In this document: piece by piece, positions 40,021 to 51,474 of the stretch
How the letters are laid out: each line of letters opens with the position of its first letter
Position numbering within the stretch: the first letter of the stretch is position 1
NCBI GenBank assembly: GCA_051294375.1
Contig: CM119267.1
Coordinates: 2,660,887-2,724,886, forward strand
DNA: 64,000 nucleotides
Direction: 5' to 3'
DNA from: Paraspadella gotoi
Lineage: Eukaryota; Animalia; Chaetognatha
Notes under the pieces: generated by a model
What the model was told of the DNA's origin: nothing
Seen by the model: only the letters and a program-made list of their open reading frames with translations
Databases searched by the model: none
Program-made: the position numbers and the translations under genes

Positions 40021-41450
40021 CCCCTAACAAACAAAAAAAAATAAAGAAATTTCACACTCCATCTCTCTCTTTTNNNNNNNNNNNNNNNNNNNNNNNNNAG
40101 AGAGAGAGATTTTGAGGTAAGTAATTTGAGGTAAGGAAACCGCGGGGAGATGATTCCCACCCACATCGAGGGACTTTATCCCCCATCATTCGCTCCGCCC
40201 TCTTCCTCTCTTTTCCCTCACCTATCTCTTTTCTCTTACTTCTCTCTTTCTTCTTCACCTCTCTATCTTTCCTTACCTTTCTCTCTTTTCTTATCTCTCT
40301 CTCTTCTCCCAAATAATTACATTTTCTTAGTTCCCTTTCGGTATTTTCGTTTTTTTTTCCTTTACTTTACTTTACCTTTTTTTTTNNNNNNNNNNNNNNN
40401 NNNNNNNNNNNNNNNNNNNNNNNNNNNNNNNNNNNNNNNNNNNNNNNNNNNNNNNNNCTTCTCTTCTCTTCTCTTCTCTTCTCTTCTCTGTCTTTCAAAC
40501 TTCTAATTCTATCAGTATGTATTTCAAATCTAGATGTCCTGTATTATGTACATCAAGAAATAAATAAATACATAAAGACTTCTCAGATTAATATCCCGAG
40601 AATTAAATGGTTGCAGAGACGACGACGACGACGACGACGACGACGACTGTAATAGAACATTCGGCTACTTTATTATAAGGAAAAGACGAACATTAAATGG
40701 GAAAATAAATAAATAACGACCGTAACTAGCGAACTAAGAACGACGACGATAAAGACGACGACGACGACGACGACGACAACGACGACCAAAACGAAGACGA
40801 CGACCAAGACGACGACGACAATAAAGACGACGACGACGATGACTACGACGAAAGTAAAAGTGGCGACATCTGCTGAATCCACTCCAACTCTGTTCGTCCA
40901 AAAAAAAAAGATGATCAAAGTCATAAAATGAAAATAGTGGCGGCGACTAGATAGAGAGGGAGAGGCGACGATAGTGAGAAAGACAAAGACGATAGAGACG
41001 GAGATGAACGAAGATAGAGAGCGAGCACCGAGGCGAATGGAAAGGGAGGATTCCAGAGGAAGGCCCCGAGGCCTTGACACATGTAAGAAGAGACGGAGAA
41101 CTGGATTCGTCGAGTTGACTTCGTTAAATCGAAACGATAAAAATAGAGTCGATTTCGGTTTTAACGACGAAAAAGAAACTTTTAAATTTAGATTAAATGA
41201 GTTGAAAAAAAAAAGAAATAGAAAATAAATAATGAAAATATTTATTAATTAATAATATAGAAAAAAGAAATTTAAAAGAGAAAGAAAAAATAAGAAAATA
41301 AATTTTATAGTTAGATATGACTGTTTAATTATTAATCATTATACTTATGATATTCTGTCAACAGAAAAAAAATTATAAAAAATGGAAGTAGAATACTCGA
41401 CAATAATCCGCTCGGCGAAGCCCATTACCCACTTTATCTTCCACCGTAAA

Positions 41451-41485
<35 letters not shown>

Positions 41486-42993
41486 NNNNNNNNNNNNNNN
41501 NNNNNNNNNNNNNNNNNNNNNNNNNNNNNNNNNNNNNNNNNNNNNNNNNNNNNNNNNNNNNNNNNNNNNNNNNNNNTCTCTCTCTCTCTCTCTCATTCCG
41601 CCCTCGATTTTATTGACAATTCGCGAGCTTTTCTCTTTTCGACCGCGAAATAAAAAAAAAGAAATTCAGTTTCCGTTTGTCTTTTGTTTGAAGAAAATCA
41701 GATTCGGCGGAGATGAGTCATTGACACTCCAAGGTTGAAAATTTAAATTTCTATCGTTTTTATTTATATCTATTCCGTTTTAGGCATAATTTTACTTTCG
41801 CCGACTGAGGTTAAGGGGGGTTTAGGGTTTGGGTGGTTTAAGGGTGGTTTAGGGTTAAGGGGAGTTAGGGATAAAGGGGTTTATGGTTAGGTTACTTAGG
41901 TATTGTGTGTGATTTCTCTCTTTTCGTTGTTTTTGAGTTTAGCGAAAACGAAAGTTTTTATTACTTTTTTCAACGAATTTGTAATTGACATTAAATAACT
42001 TAGGTAATAATTATTAACTATTTTTTTGAATATTGGTTGAAAGAATTTTCTAATATAATATCCACAGACTGACAGATAGACTATCCTGTCTTATCATACA
42101 ATTTATTTTATTTTTTTTTATTAGCCCCTTTTGACATTTTTATTTTACTATTTCGATTAGATATTAAAGTTAAATTNNNNNNNNNNGACTTTTTTATTTT
42201 ACTATTTTGATTAGATAGTTAAATTCAAATTCTGGGATAAACGAACAGAAATGGGGCTCTCTCGGAAAAGAGAGCCGTTCTTTCGACGTCTCCGCCGTCT
42301 CCGCCCACTTCCCCGGGGTCGGCGTAAAAAAATCTCCGTGAGGCAAAAACCTCTGCGGCGTTTCCTCCGCGATTTTCGTGTAAAGCGACGGTAATAAAGA
42401 AAATTGAGTTTGGGGAAAATTGGATTTTTTTTTCTGGGCGCGGCCATCTTGAAAATGTTGAGAGGAAGGGGGGATTGAGGCTGAATGGGGGGAGACGAGG
42501 AGTTGGCGACGAGAGTGGGATCGACCCCGGGGAATGGGACGGGGGGGGGAAAGAAAGAAAGTGGATGATTTGATCTGATGAGGGAAAAAGAAAGTATAAG
42601 TATAAGAGTGGGGCTCAGGTTATTACTTCTTCATATTGTTGCATTCAATTAATTAAACTACTAAACTAGGTAAAACCCAAAATTAAGCCTAATATTAAAA
42701 CAGAAAATAAACCCTACAGGAATTGAAATAATTTACTACTAAATGCAAATGAGATTAATGAATTCAATCTCATTTAGAACATTCTAAGAATCTATCTGAT
42801 ACAGAAGTGAATGAAGGAATGAAGCAAAAGTTCGAGTCGGGGCGTGCGGCGCTGCTGGGCAGGGAAAGCGGGGCGGTTAAGCGGAGGGTAAGTGGAAATG
42901 GCGGCGCTGGTCGGTCGGAGTTGAACGCGACGCAAATCGGACGGAAATTCATAAAAGAGCGAATCGAATATACGACCCAGTCTCGTGTGCGAT

Positions 42994-43079
<86 letters not shown>

Positions 43080-43989
43080 CGAAATCAATCTAAAGTTATT
43101 ACCCTTTTTACAATTGTCTAGATTGGAAATGGAAAAAGCAAAGAAAGAGTAGGGAGCCGTTGGAAGAGAAGATTTTCCTTTCGTTTCGAAGGCAACCATC
43201 TCGAATTAAGTGTCCTGGGTTCGTCTCTGAAGAGACTTGTAAAGGTCGCTAGGGACGTGACGAGTCGTGACAGACCGTGACAAGTCGTGACACGTTGCGG
43301 TGTCGTTGAAGAAGAAATAGGAGAAAAATAAAGAGAGAAAGAGAAACTGAATCTTAATGGAAGAAAAATCTCCTTGAAGAATTTTCGAGTTGTTGTTGTC
43401 GTCGTCATCGTCATCGTCTTTTTCGTAGTCATGTTCATCGTCGTCGTCGTCTTCGTCATCATCGTCGTCGTCGTCCTCGTCGTTTTCTTAGTCATCATAT
43501 TCATTGTCGTCGTCGTTGTCGACGTCTTCTTCTTCGCCATCGTCGTCGTCGTCGTTCTGCTCGTCCACCAACTCTCGACCGTCAGTTAAGAGAAAAACGA
43601 GCGACACCTGGAATAAAAAAAAACGTCAAACAAAACGTCAATCGATGGCTTATCGGCGGCGTCGGCGGTGGCGGCGGCGGCGGCTGCAGTGGAGGAGACG
43701 GCGGCGGCGGCGGCGGCGGATACGACGATGTAGTGAAACGAATGACTAATAGATTATAAATGTCGAAGACCAAACAGATTAAACTTATGATATTTACATA
43801 CTTATGATGTAAACATACTTATGATAAATGCTTACTGTCGAAATCACGAGGGTCAAATTGTTATTATCTTCTCAGTTTTATTGCCCTTTTTAATTTCCTG
43901 TTATAAAACCTTTTTTTTTGTCTTTCTCGCAGCTAAAAGACACCTACCTTTCTTTCCGGTCTTCGGGATGGCGCGAGATCCCAAGAAAA

Positions 43990-44050
43990 GAATGGACCAA
44001 TCAGAGGCGGTGAAGAGTCAACAGGAAGCGTCAGCTGTCGGCAGGTGAAC
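43990..44050 (+). promoter_or_regulatory. Promoter-like motif cluster (CCAAT/NF-Y box, ETS-like CAGGAAG, E-boxes)
   Basis: GGACCAATCAG at 43994-44004, then CAGGAAG, CAGCTG and CAGGTG within 60 bp; largely repeated at ~52528-52572. Motif match only. Confidence 0.25.
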
Positions 44051-44618
44051 AAACTCAAACCAACGTCGCTAAACAGAAGAACATCGCCGGGGATTTTTTT
44101 TTCTTTTTTTTTTCTTTTAGAGGGTAGGATCTGAGTTGGATTTTCTTCTTAATCGACAAAACCGATCAATATGATGGTATAGAATAGTTATACAGTATTA
44201 ATTTCGTTTCGCTTTTTAATATTAGGTTCGAAAAATACATTTATCTTATTTTATATGTATTTTTGTATCTCTATTAATCAGAAATCGTCTGCTCAAACTT
44301 CCGTTCATTTTTAGTCGGGTCTGCTAATCAGCAGATTCTGTCTAATCCACTTTGAAGAATGAAAGTAAGATGGGAAGAAACAAAAGGTAAAATGAAAATT
44401 ATATCGAAACCGACAGGTCAACAACATAATACTGAAATAAAAAGAGTAACAAGATATAAATATTAAAAAATGAAATAAAGTAAATTTTATTAAAATATAA
44501 GAACGCACTCAGATTCCAAATTTTAAAAAGAAAATCTTCTGACGAGTCGAGTTGACTTGGGTCATCAAGATAACCTCAGTCACAAAGTATCCTTTCACCG
44601 AACGACAGTGAAGCCTCA

Positions 44619-44670
<52 letters not shown>

Positions 44671-45259
44671 TTCTCGCTCTTTTATAATGTGAAAAAACGA
44701 TCATTCGAATATCAAGCCAAGAACCGAAAACTACTTATTAATATTATCTCTCTCGACGTCGGAATTATTATTATCAACTACATTTTTAGCCTCGTTGTAT
44801 CTTCTTTAAGTATATCGTCCGTTTTGAATATTTGTAATACGTTGTTGAAACGTAGAACCCTTTTTGCCTTTGTTATTATCTGTTTAAGTAGTTAATATAA
44901 ATTTAATTAAATTAATATAAATTTAATTAAATCAACAACTTAATTTTTTTGTGTTTCCAAAATCCGCTCAACTCGCAAGTTTTTTAAATTTGCGTCGGAA
45001 TAAATTCGATCTTGAACTTTGCTCCTTGATACGGGTTTTAGTTCCGTTACGAGTACTCGCGAATCAACTCTCTAACCAGGGATGTGGAGCCGACCTAATT
45101 TTGTCTCAGCTCCAGCTCCGGCTCCAGCTCCAGGCCAAATTTTTTCCGGCTCCAGTTATTATATATATAATTAAAATTTAAGAAATTAAATATTTATAAT
45201 ATATTCTTTAAATTATATAATTTATATTTTGAATATATTTTTTATTTATTATATATTAT

Positions 45260-45972
45260 AATATGAAATTGGTACAACCAATATAAAAATTATCGATTCA
45301 TTTAATAAATAAGCTATTTGCCCCTGACTTGGACAGTTTGTGTTTAAGCCTCCATCACTCTACAAGACAATTACATAGAAGTCCCTGCAAGCTTTCAATC
45401 AAGATCTTCACAGTCCCGTTTATTACTCCCAGAGTACCTGGCTTCTATCAATGAAGTAGAAAATATTTAAAGAATGTTTCAATTGTATGAAAAGACCACT
45501 CCTTTAAGTATTAATCGATGGAATACTATGATATTTCCCACTAGCATCAAATACAAAGAACTGAATTTATGAAATTGGTACAACCAATATAAAAATTACC
45601 ATCATTTATAAATAAGCTATCTTGCCCTGATTTGACAGGCTTTGGTGGTTTAAGGCATCCATCCAACTTACAAGATAATACATAGCAGTCCCTGCAAGCT
45701 TTCAATCAAGACTCTCTCACAGTCCGTTTATTTGATATCCCAGAAGTCCACCTGGGCCTCCTTATCAATGAGTGAAAATATTTTAAAATAGTTCATTGGA
45801 ATGGAAAACCCTACTCCCTAAGTAATATGACGGGGAATACTTATTGTATCCGACATAGCATCAAAATGACAGAGCTGTGATTTATGAAGTTAGGTACAAC
45901 AATATAAAATATATCCATTCATTATATAATATTAACTATTTTTCTACGACTTTGGACAGGCTTTGGTGGTTA
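45260..45972. repeat. ~310-bp tandem repeat (~2.3 units)
   Basis: TATGAAATTGGTACAACCAATATAAAA recurs at ~45262, ~45568 and ~45883. Part of the unit occurs inverted at ~7022, ~26090-26230 and ~61126. Confidence 0.85.
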
Positions 45973-46254
45973 ATATATTTAATTATTTTTAAAAATATTA
46001 AAATAAGCAATATATTTTTATTTTTTGGTGATATCCTCACTCTTTGGTAATTTAACTATAAATTATATTTAGCATTTGGTGGTTAATATATTTTAATATT
46101 AAAAAATATATTTATATAATTAAAATTATTTTTAAAAATATTAAAATAATAAGCAATATATTTTTTTTATTTTTTGGTGATATCCTCACTCTTTGGTAAT
46201 TTAACTGTAAATTATATTTAGCATTCTTATTATGGTGATTTTATTTAAAACTCA

Positions 46255-46985
46255 GATTATGGTTAGGGTTAGGGTTGAGCTAGTTTAAGGTTAGATTAGG
46301 GTTGAGTTGGTTTGGTTTAGGGTTAAGGTTGAGTTGGTAATAATTAGGGTTAGGGTTGAGTAGTTTAAGGTTAGGCTTAAAGTTGAGTAGTTTAAGGTTA
46401 TGATTAGGGTTAATGTTTATTTTAAGGTTAAGATAAACAAGAAGCCGGCATGAGGGTTAAGGAAGGTACTGGCAATGGATATTAGGGATTAAAGTTGAGG
46501 TACGGATATATAAGGGAAGCCCGGTCCCGGGTTAAGGTGAGGGTTAGGAGAGAGGCATGAAGTTGAATGGGAGGCCTGGGTTAGGGTAGGGGGAGAGGCT
46601 TACTGTTGATGCATCAAAGGCGGATAAGAATAGGGTTGAGGCACTGAGATATATAGGAAGCCCAGGCCCGGGTTAGGGTTAGAGTTGGGGGGAAAAGCAT
46701 GAAGTTTAACGGGAGGCTCGGGTTAGGGGAAAAGCCCATGGTTGATGGTTAAGGAATAGAGATGTACTGGAGACCAGGGTCTGGGTTAGGATTAGAGGAG
46801 AGAAATGGAGTTGAACAAGAGGCCCGGGTAAGGGTTAGGGTTAGGAAAGCCCACAGTTGGTGAGTCGAAGGTGGTTAGGGTTGAGGCATGGAAATGTATG
46901 GGAGGCCTAGGCCTAGGTTAGGGTTGAGGAAAGGCATGGAGATGTACGGGAAACTTGGGTTAGGGTTTAGTTTTGAGGGAAGAGC
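46255..46985 (+). repeat. Degenerate interstitial TTAGGG-rich satellite
   Basis: Many GGTTAGGGTT(A/G)AG units interleaved with GGCATGxAG and GGGAGGCC sub-repeats. Confidence 0.8.
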
Positions 46986-47270
46986 CCACAGGTGATGTAT
47001 TTATCCCCATGTCTCAACTTCAGCCGTAAGCTTTTCCTTTAACTCGCGCCTTTCATTATATTTATTACTTTTATTACTGGCGAGGTCACCAGTGAGGGTA
47101 TTGGTGACACCACCAGGGTTTTGCTGATATTGCCATAATATTTAGCCATAATACCAACATTTTAAAACAAATCTTTTTTTTTAAATTTTTTTGTCTAACT
47201 TTATGAACATTTTTTAAAAAACTTTTACATTGTATTAATCCTTTCTTTTATTGTTTCTTGAATTATTTAA

Positions 47271-47499
47271 AGAGAAAACAAAAATTTTTTATTTGACAAC
47301 AATAATTTTGTTTTTATATAAATCGGATATATTTCGACTCTAAACTTTTAGCATTTAAATTCACAAACTCAATATTTAAAAACTGAAATGTTTGTGAATT
47401 TAAATGCTGATAAAAACTATGAAGTCCTAGAGTCGAAACATGTCCGATTTAAATAAAAACAAAACCATTGTTATCGAATAACAAATTTTTGTTTTCTCT
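47271..47499. repeat. ~100-bp-arm palindrome containing a degenerate hammerhead core (Penelope-like inverted terminal repeat)
   Basis: AGAGAAAACAAAAATTT...TTCACAAAC pairs with GTTTGTGAA...AAATTTTTGTTTTCTCT. The right arm has TTTAAATg-CTGATAA...GTC-GAAACATGTC-cg-ATTTAAA. Confidence 0.65.
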
Positions 47500-47508
47500 C
47501 CAAATAAG

Positions 47509-47945
47509 AACTTTTTTATAAAAAGGTATCAATATTAATATCTTCTGAAAGCTCTTGTAAATTTAAAAAAATTTAAATATATATTTAAGAATATTCTAAC
47601 ATAAAAATAGGCTTAACCAGCTTTAGTTTAATTAAGCTAATCCAAATTGAAATAATAAAATCCTAAAATAATTTTTTTTAAATATCTGACTTATTTTTAC
47701 TATAATGATCTTACCAATTATTGTTTATATAAGTATCATAAAAAAGCTTAAGAAAAACTAAATTAAAATAGCGAACAATAATTTAATAATTATTCAAAAA
47801 CTGCTCTTTATGAATTTTTAATTTAATAATTATCTAAAAGCTAGAGACTAATTTTAATATTACAGTATTTTTAATTATGCCAATCAATTTATATTTTTAA
47901 GAGCTTTCAGAAGATATTAATATTGATACCTTTTTATATAAAGTT
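47509..47945. repeat. Inverted repeat pair (MITE/fold-back-like)
   Basis: 40-bp perfect IR TATAAAAAGGTATCAATATTAATATCTTCTGAAAGCTCTT; weaker pairing extends to ~47160-47230 and ~47945-48005. Confidence 0.75.
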
Positions 47946-48871
47946 TTGTAAAAAAATAGGTAAAAAGTTAGACAAACAGATTAAAAAAAAAGGACAATTT
48001 TAAAGGCAACTTTTCTCCGCTCAGTGCCAAGTCAAATCAAAACCAATCAATATAAAATTTGGATAAATAAATGATTTAGGTTTTTATTATAGAAAAAATT
48101 TATCAGATTAAAAAAATGTTTACAAATTTGCAAATGACGATTTTGCTTTAGCGGCGGGTTTGTGTGTCACCCTGTAGAGATAAAAGGTTTAGGGGATAGG
48201 CTAAAAAAATGGCTGCTGTAAATGAATGCAAGATTCAAATAAGATAAATTAATTAGGGTTAGGGTTTTTATTGGGTTCATTCAGGGTGAATGGGAAGGCT
48301 TATTATATCCCATTATTCCTGGCCAGTCCCTTTTCAAACCCTGAACTTGACCAATGCTTTTTGTCTATCACTTTTAGTCCGACCTTAATATAAAAAGATT
48401 GAAAGGATACCCGAGTATGGTTATTCCTTTTAGGCATATAATATATCCTCCATTTGCCCGGCCGGGGGAGGGCAGCTCATTTTGAGCTCTTTTTTATACT
48501 TACTTTCACTTTGACTTTACTTAACTATCCCTCACCACTTATTCTTCCATTTCAAATTTCACTTTAATTCACTAACTAATTTAATTTATTTTTTGTTGTT
48601 AAATATTAGTTTATATTTAAGTTTGTCAATTTATTATACTTTATATTACCAAATCTATTGATATTAATTTCTCTCTCTCTCTTTCCCTCTCTTTTCACTT
48701 TTCACAAAATTTGCCTCTTCTTCCCTATCCTTACCTTCAGCTGTCCTCACATCTGGCCACTGTCTTTTACCCTATTCTTTGTTGGAAACTCTCTCTCTCT
48801 CTCTCTATCTATCTCTCTCTCTCTCTCTCTCTCCAAAACTTAACATTAACAGAGAAAAAATTGTTGATTTC

Positions 48872-48920
48872 AAAACTGCTGATGAAGGCTCTAACCCTTG
48901 TGAGCCGAAACATATCCTGA
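48872..48920 (+). ncRNA. Degenerate minimal type I hammerhead ribozyme (Penelope-type)
   Basis: CTGATGA-A-GGCTC-taacccttgt-GAGCC-GAAAC-ATATC at 48879-48916. Core and stem II are intact; stems I and III are imperfect. Confidence 0.65.
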
Positions 48921-49166
48921 CTTAAAACTTTGTCAATAAAAATCGTTGTTCAAATTCAAAAACTGTTTTCTCCTTAAAGCTATGAAAGAAGTAAACTAAT
49001 ATGATAAGTTTTATAGTATATTTTTGTATTCATTAATTAAAAAATTAAAAATAAAAAGTATTATATTAAAGTAATTTAATTTTTTATCTTTTAAATGAGA
49101 TATATTTCAACCATATGTAACAAAAATTGCAAGTATATAATAGAAAAAAAATAGTAAACAAAATAA

Positions 49167-49206
<40 letters not shown>

Positions 49207-50149
49207 AAATATATTATTGAAAATCTTTACCTTTAATCAGTTAACCTTTAATGGTTGCTGTATTAAGTAAAACAAAGCATATTCAAGGATAAATTTTACT
49301 TCATAAAAAATTGAAAGTATTTATAATAAATTTAATAGATTAAAAATAAAAAATTATTATTATTTACTTAATCTTATGTATAATAAATATATGATATTAT
49401 ATAAATTCTAAAAATCAGTATTATATTTCTTTAAATATTTTTTTAATTTAATAATTATACTCTTTTTTTATTTTTATGGAGCTGGAGCCGGGCATTTTTA
49501 TTTCGGCTCCGGCTCCAGCTCCGGCTCCTGTCAAAAATTTATTTCGGCTCCGGCTCCAGCTCCGGCTCCGGCCAGATAAAAATTTTGGCTCCGGCTCCGG
49601 CTCCGGCTCCGGCAAAAAAAAGCTCGGCTCCGGCGGCTCCAGCTCCGGCTCCGGCTCCACATCCCTGTCTCTAACTCGCTCTTCGCTCGCTTGGTCGGTC
49701 GGTCAGTCCGTCCGTTGTCATATCTCAGTTACATTTCTATAATGTTCAATAACGGATAAAATCGGAATCATTATGTCTAGTCACGTTGCGTAACAAATGA
49801 ACGGTTGCTGGTTCGTTCTCTCTCTCTCTCATCTCTCTCTCTCTCTCCTCTCTCGTCTCTTCTCTCCTCTCTCTCTCTCGTCGTCTCTCGATCTATCTCG
49901 GGCTTCCTCTCCACTTCTTTCATCGCGGGATCTCCAGCTTATCCTGCCCGGTCGGCCGTTTCCAAGTCCAGCCTTTGCACAAATCTCATTTTCCTTCTCT
50001 CTGCGATCCGCTCGACATGGCAGACGATCCCTGCCAGGGGCAAGCGGCCCCGTGACGGCCGCCGACACTCAAATCCCTACACGCCCCCCACGCGTGAACC
50101 ATCTTCGCTACCCGGCGCCAGTTGTTGATACGAGCGGAGGCGCCGGCGT

Positions 50150-50906
50150 AATGTAGCAAATCTCTATTCGGCGCGCTGTTGCTGCGCGCCGGAAGAGGAC
50201 GAAACAGAGATTGGGACGACGGTCAACTCTGGAAGTTTTTGGGTGCGACGAAAATTAACGAAGAAGCCTATCTCGAACTTCGGTTCATTCGAAGAACAAA
50301 AGAAAAAAGCGAACGTCATATACCGAGAAATTCATTCTTCACGTCGCTCTCAAAAGAAGTCACGTGAGAGACGCCAGCAATCATTTGAGAAGCAAGCGCC
50401 ACGACACTCGCTCACGGGACGAGCGACCGGGATAGACGACATCGAATGTTAGGAAACTATTCGAGTTTCTCAAAGGAAAATGTCGCGTGGAGAAAAATGT
50501 TCGCAGAGATTTTCCGGGACTGAAGCTGCATGGCTGCACATCATTTGGCAACGGAGTCAGAATGGGTCAGTTGGAACGCGGGTCGATTGGACGAAGTCGG
50601 AAAAGAAGATATTCCCAGGCTGAAGGAGAAAGTTCCCCAAGGGCTGCAGACTGGATGGGCGGGGATGCTTTGAGAAAGAATGTTGGAAAGAAGTCAGTTG
50701 CAAACGACAAAGGATCATCGTAAAGGCTTGGGGAGGAANNNNNNNNNNNNNNNNNNNNNNNNNCAAGATCATCCAAGGCTTGGAGGATGAAGATGTTAGC
50801 GATAACGACGAAGAAGCGCCTTTGCCTCCACTTTCAGATGGAACTTTGAATCAGGCGCCTTTACAACCTCATCCGCCTGCATCCATAGGGCAGCCTGCCA
50901 TTTCAG
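50150..50906 (+). CDS. N-terminal exon of a putative Myb/SANT-like + kelch protein (frameshifted by indel noise, contains an N gap)
   Basis: Frame fragments RDWDDGQLWKFL..NEEAY / KKKANVIYREI / DASNHLRSKR; TTSNVRKLFEFLK / WRKMFAEIF; RVDWTKSEKKIF. These are followed by a clean acidic/Pro stretch EDEDVSDNDEEAPLPP...PAIS ending at a phase-1 GT donor (50907). The start is not defined. Confidence 0.55.
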
Positions 50907-51171
50907 GTATATTTACTTTTTATATTTATTTTTTCTCTTTTTTTCTTTTATTAGTTTTTTTCACTCGCATGTTTTTTTTTAATTTACTTCTTTCTCTCTC
51001 TTTTTTTCTTTCTCTCTTTCTTTCTTTCTTTATTTCTTTCTTTATTTTTTTTTCTTTTTTTTTTTAAACTTTTGATCATAGAATCTGTTTACCTTTCATC
51101 TTTTCTTATCTTTAAATTTTATTAACTAATCTTTAAAATCTTTAATTGAATAAAAGTTCCTTTTTTACCAG

Positions 51172-51474
51172 CCTCGTCGGACTTCGATACTGATGATCCA
51201 ATCTTCCACGAACGCCTCCAACTTCCTCTTCCTCCTCACCTCATATCCGCTCCGCCAATGCTTCAGTCTCCTTATTTCCTCGATCGCCTCCGATACGGTA
51301 ATTGGTCGACAGCAAAGAGATTCTTTAGCGGCTACGGTTTCGTCGCCGCCGTAGTCGATGGGAAAATCTTATTCTGGGGTGGAGGTCAATTTAATTGGGG
51401 CAAATATTTATTTCTTCCCCAAAACGTCGTCTTCATCGCCGAAGTCGATTCTCACGATCTTCGCTGGCAACGAA
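51172..51474 (+). CDS. Kelch-repeat protein (KLHDC1/2-like), first blade; truncated by the duplication junction
   Basis: AG acceptor at 51170-51171; the phase-1 join is in frame with ORF 51258. GFVAAVVDGKILFWGGGQFNWGKYLFLPQNVVFIAEVDSHDLRWQR resembles recalled KLHDC2 blade 1 (GHVAVSDGRHMFVWGG...FYLPREELWIY...RWKKI). Confidence 0.75.

Larger units (their letters stand above)
45077..49667. mobile_element. hAT-superfamily non-autonomous DNA transposon with nested repeats
   Basis: Perfect 16-bp TIR CAGGGATGTGGAGCCG; perfect 8-bp TSD TCTCTAAC (45069-45076, 49668-49675); subterminal (GGCTCC)n arrays; empty site in the duplicate at ~53655-53665. No transposase ORF. Confidence 0.93.
43360..51474 (+). 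repeat. Tandem duplication, copy A (carries the hAT insertion)
   Basis: 43374-45076 matches 51489-53665, and 49668-51470 matches 53660-55680, in direct orientation. Confidence 0.9.

Noticed and set aside
41810-41900. True telomere or chromosome end
   Set aside because: Short, highly degenerate, internal TTAGGG-like tract with ordinary sequence on both sides.
44535-44580. CTGACGAGTC...GAC as another hammerhead
   Set aside because: No GAAA box follows the putative stem II, here or in the duplicate at ~53110.
49448-49742. PE- and GS-repeat ORFs
   Set aside because: They translate the (GGCTCC)n subterminal array of the hAT element.
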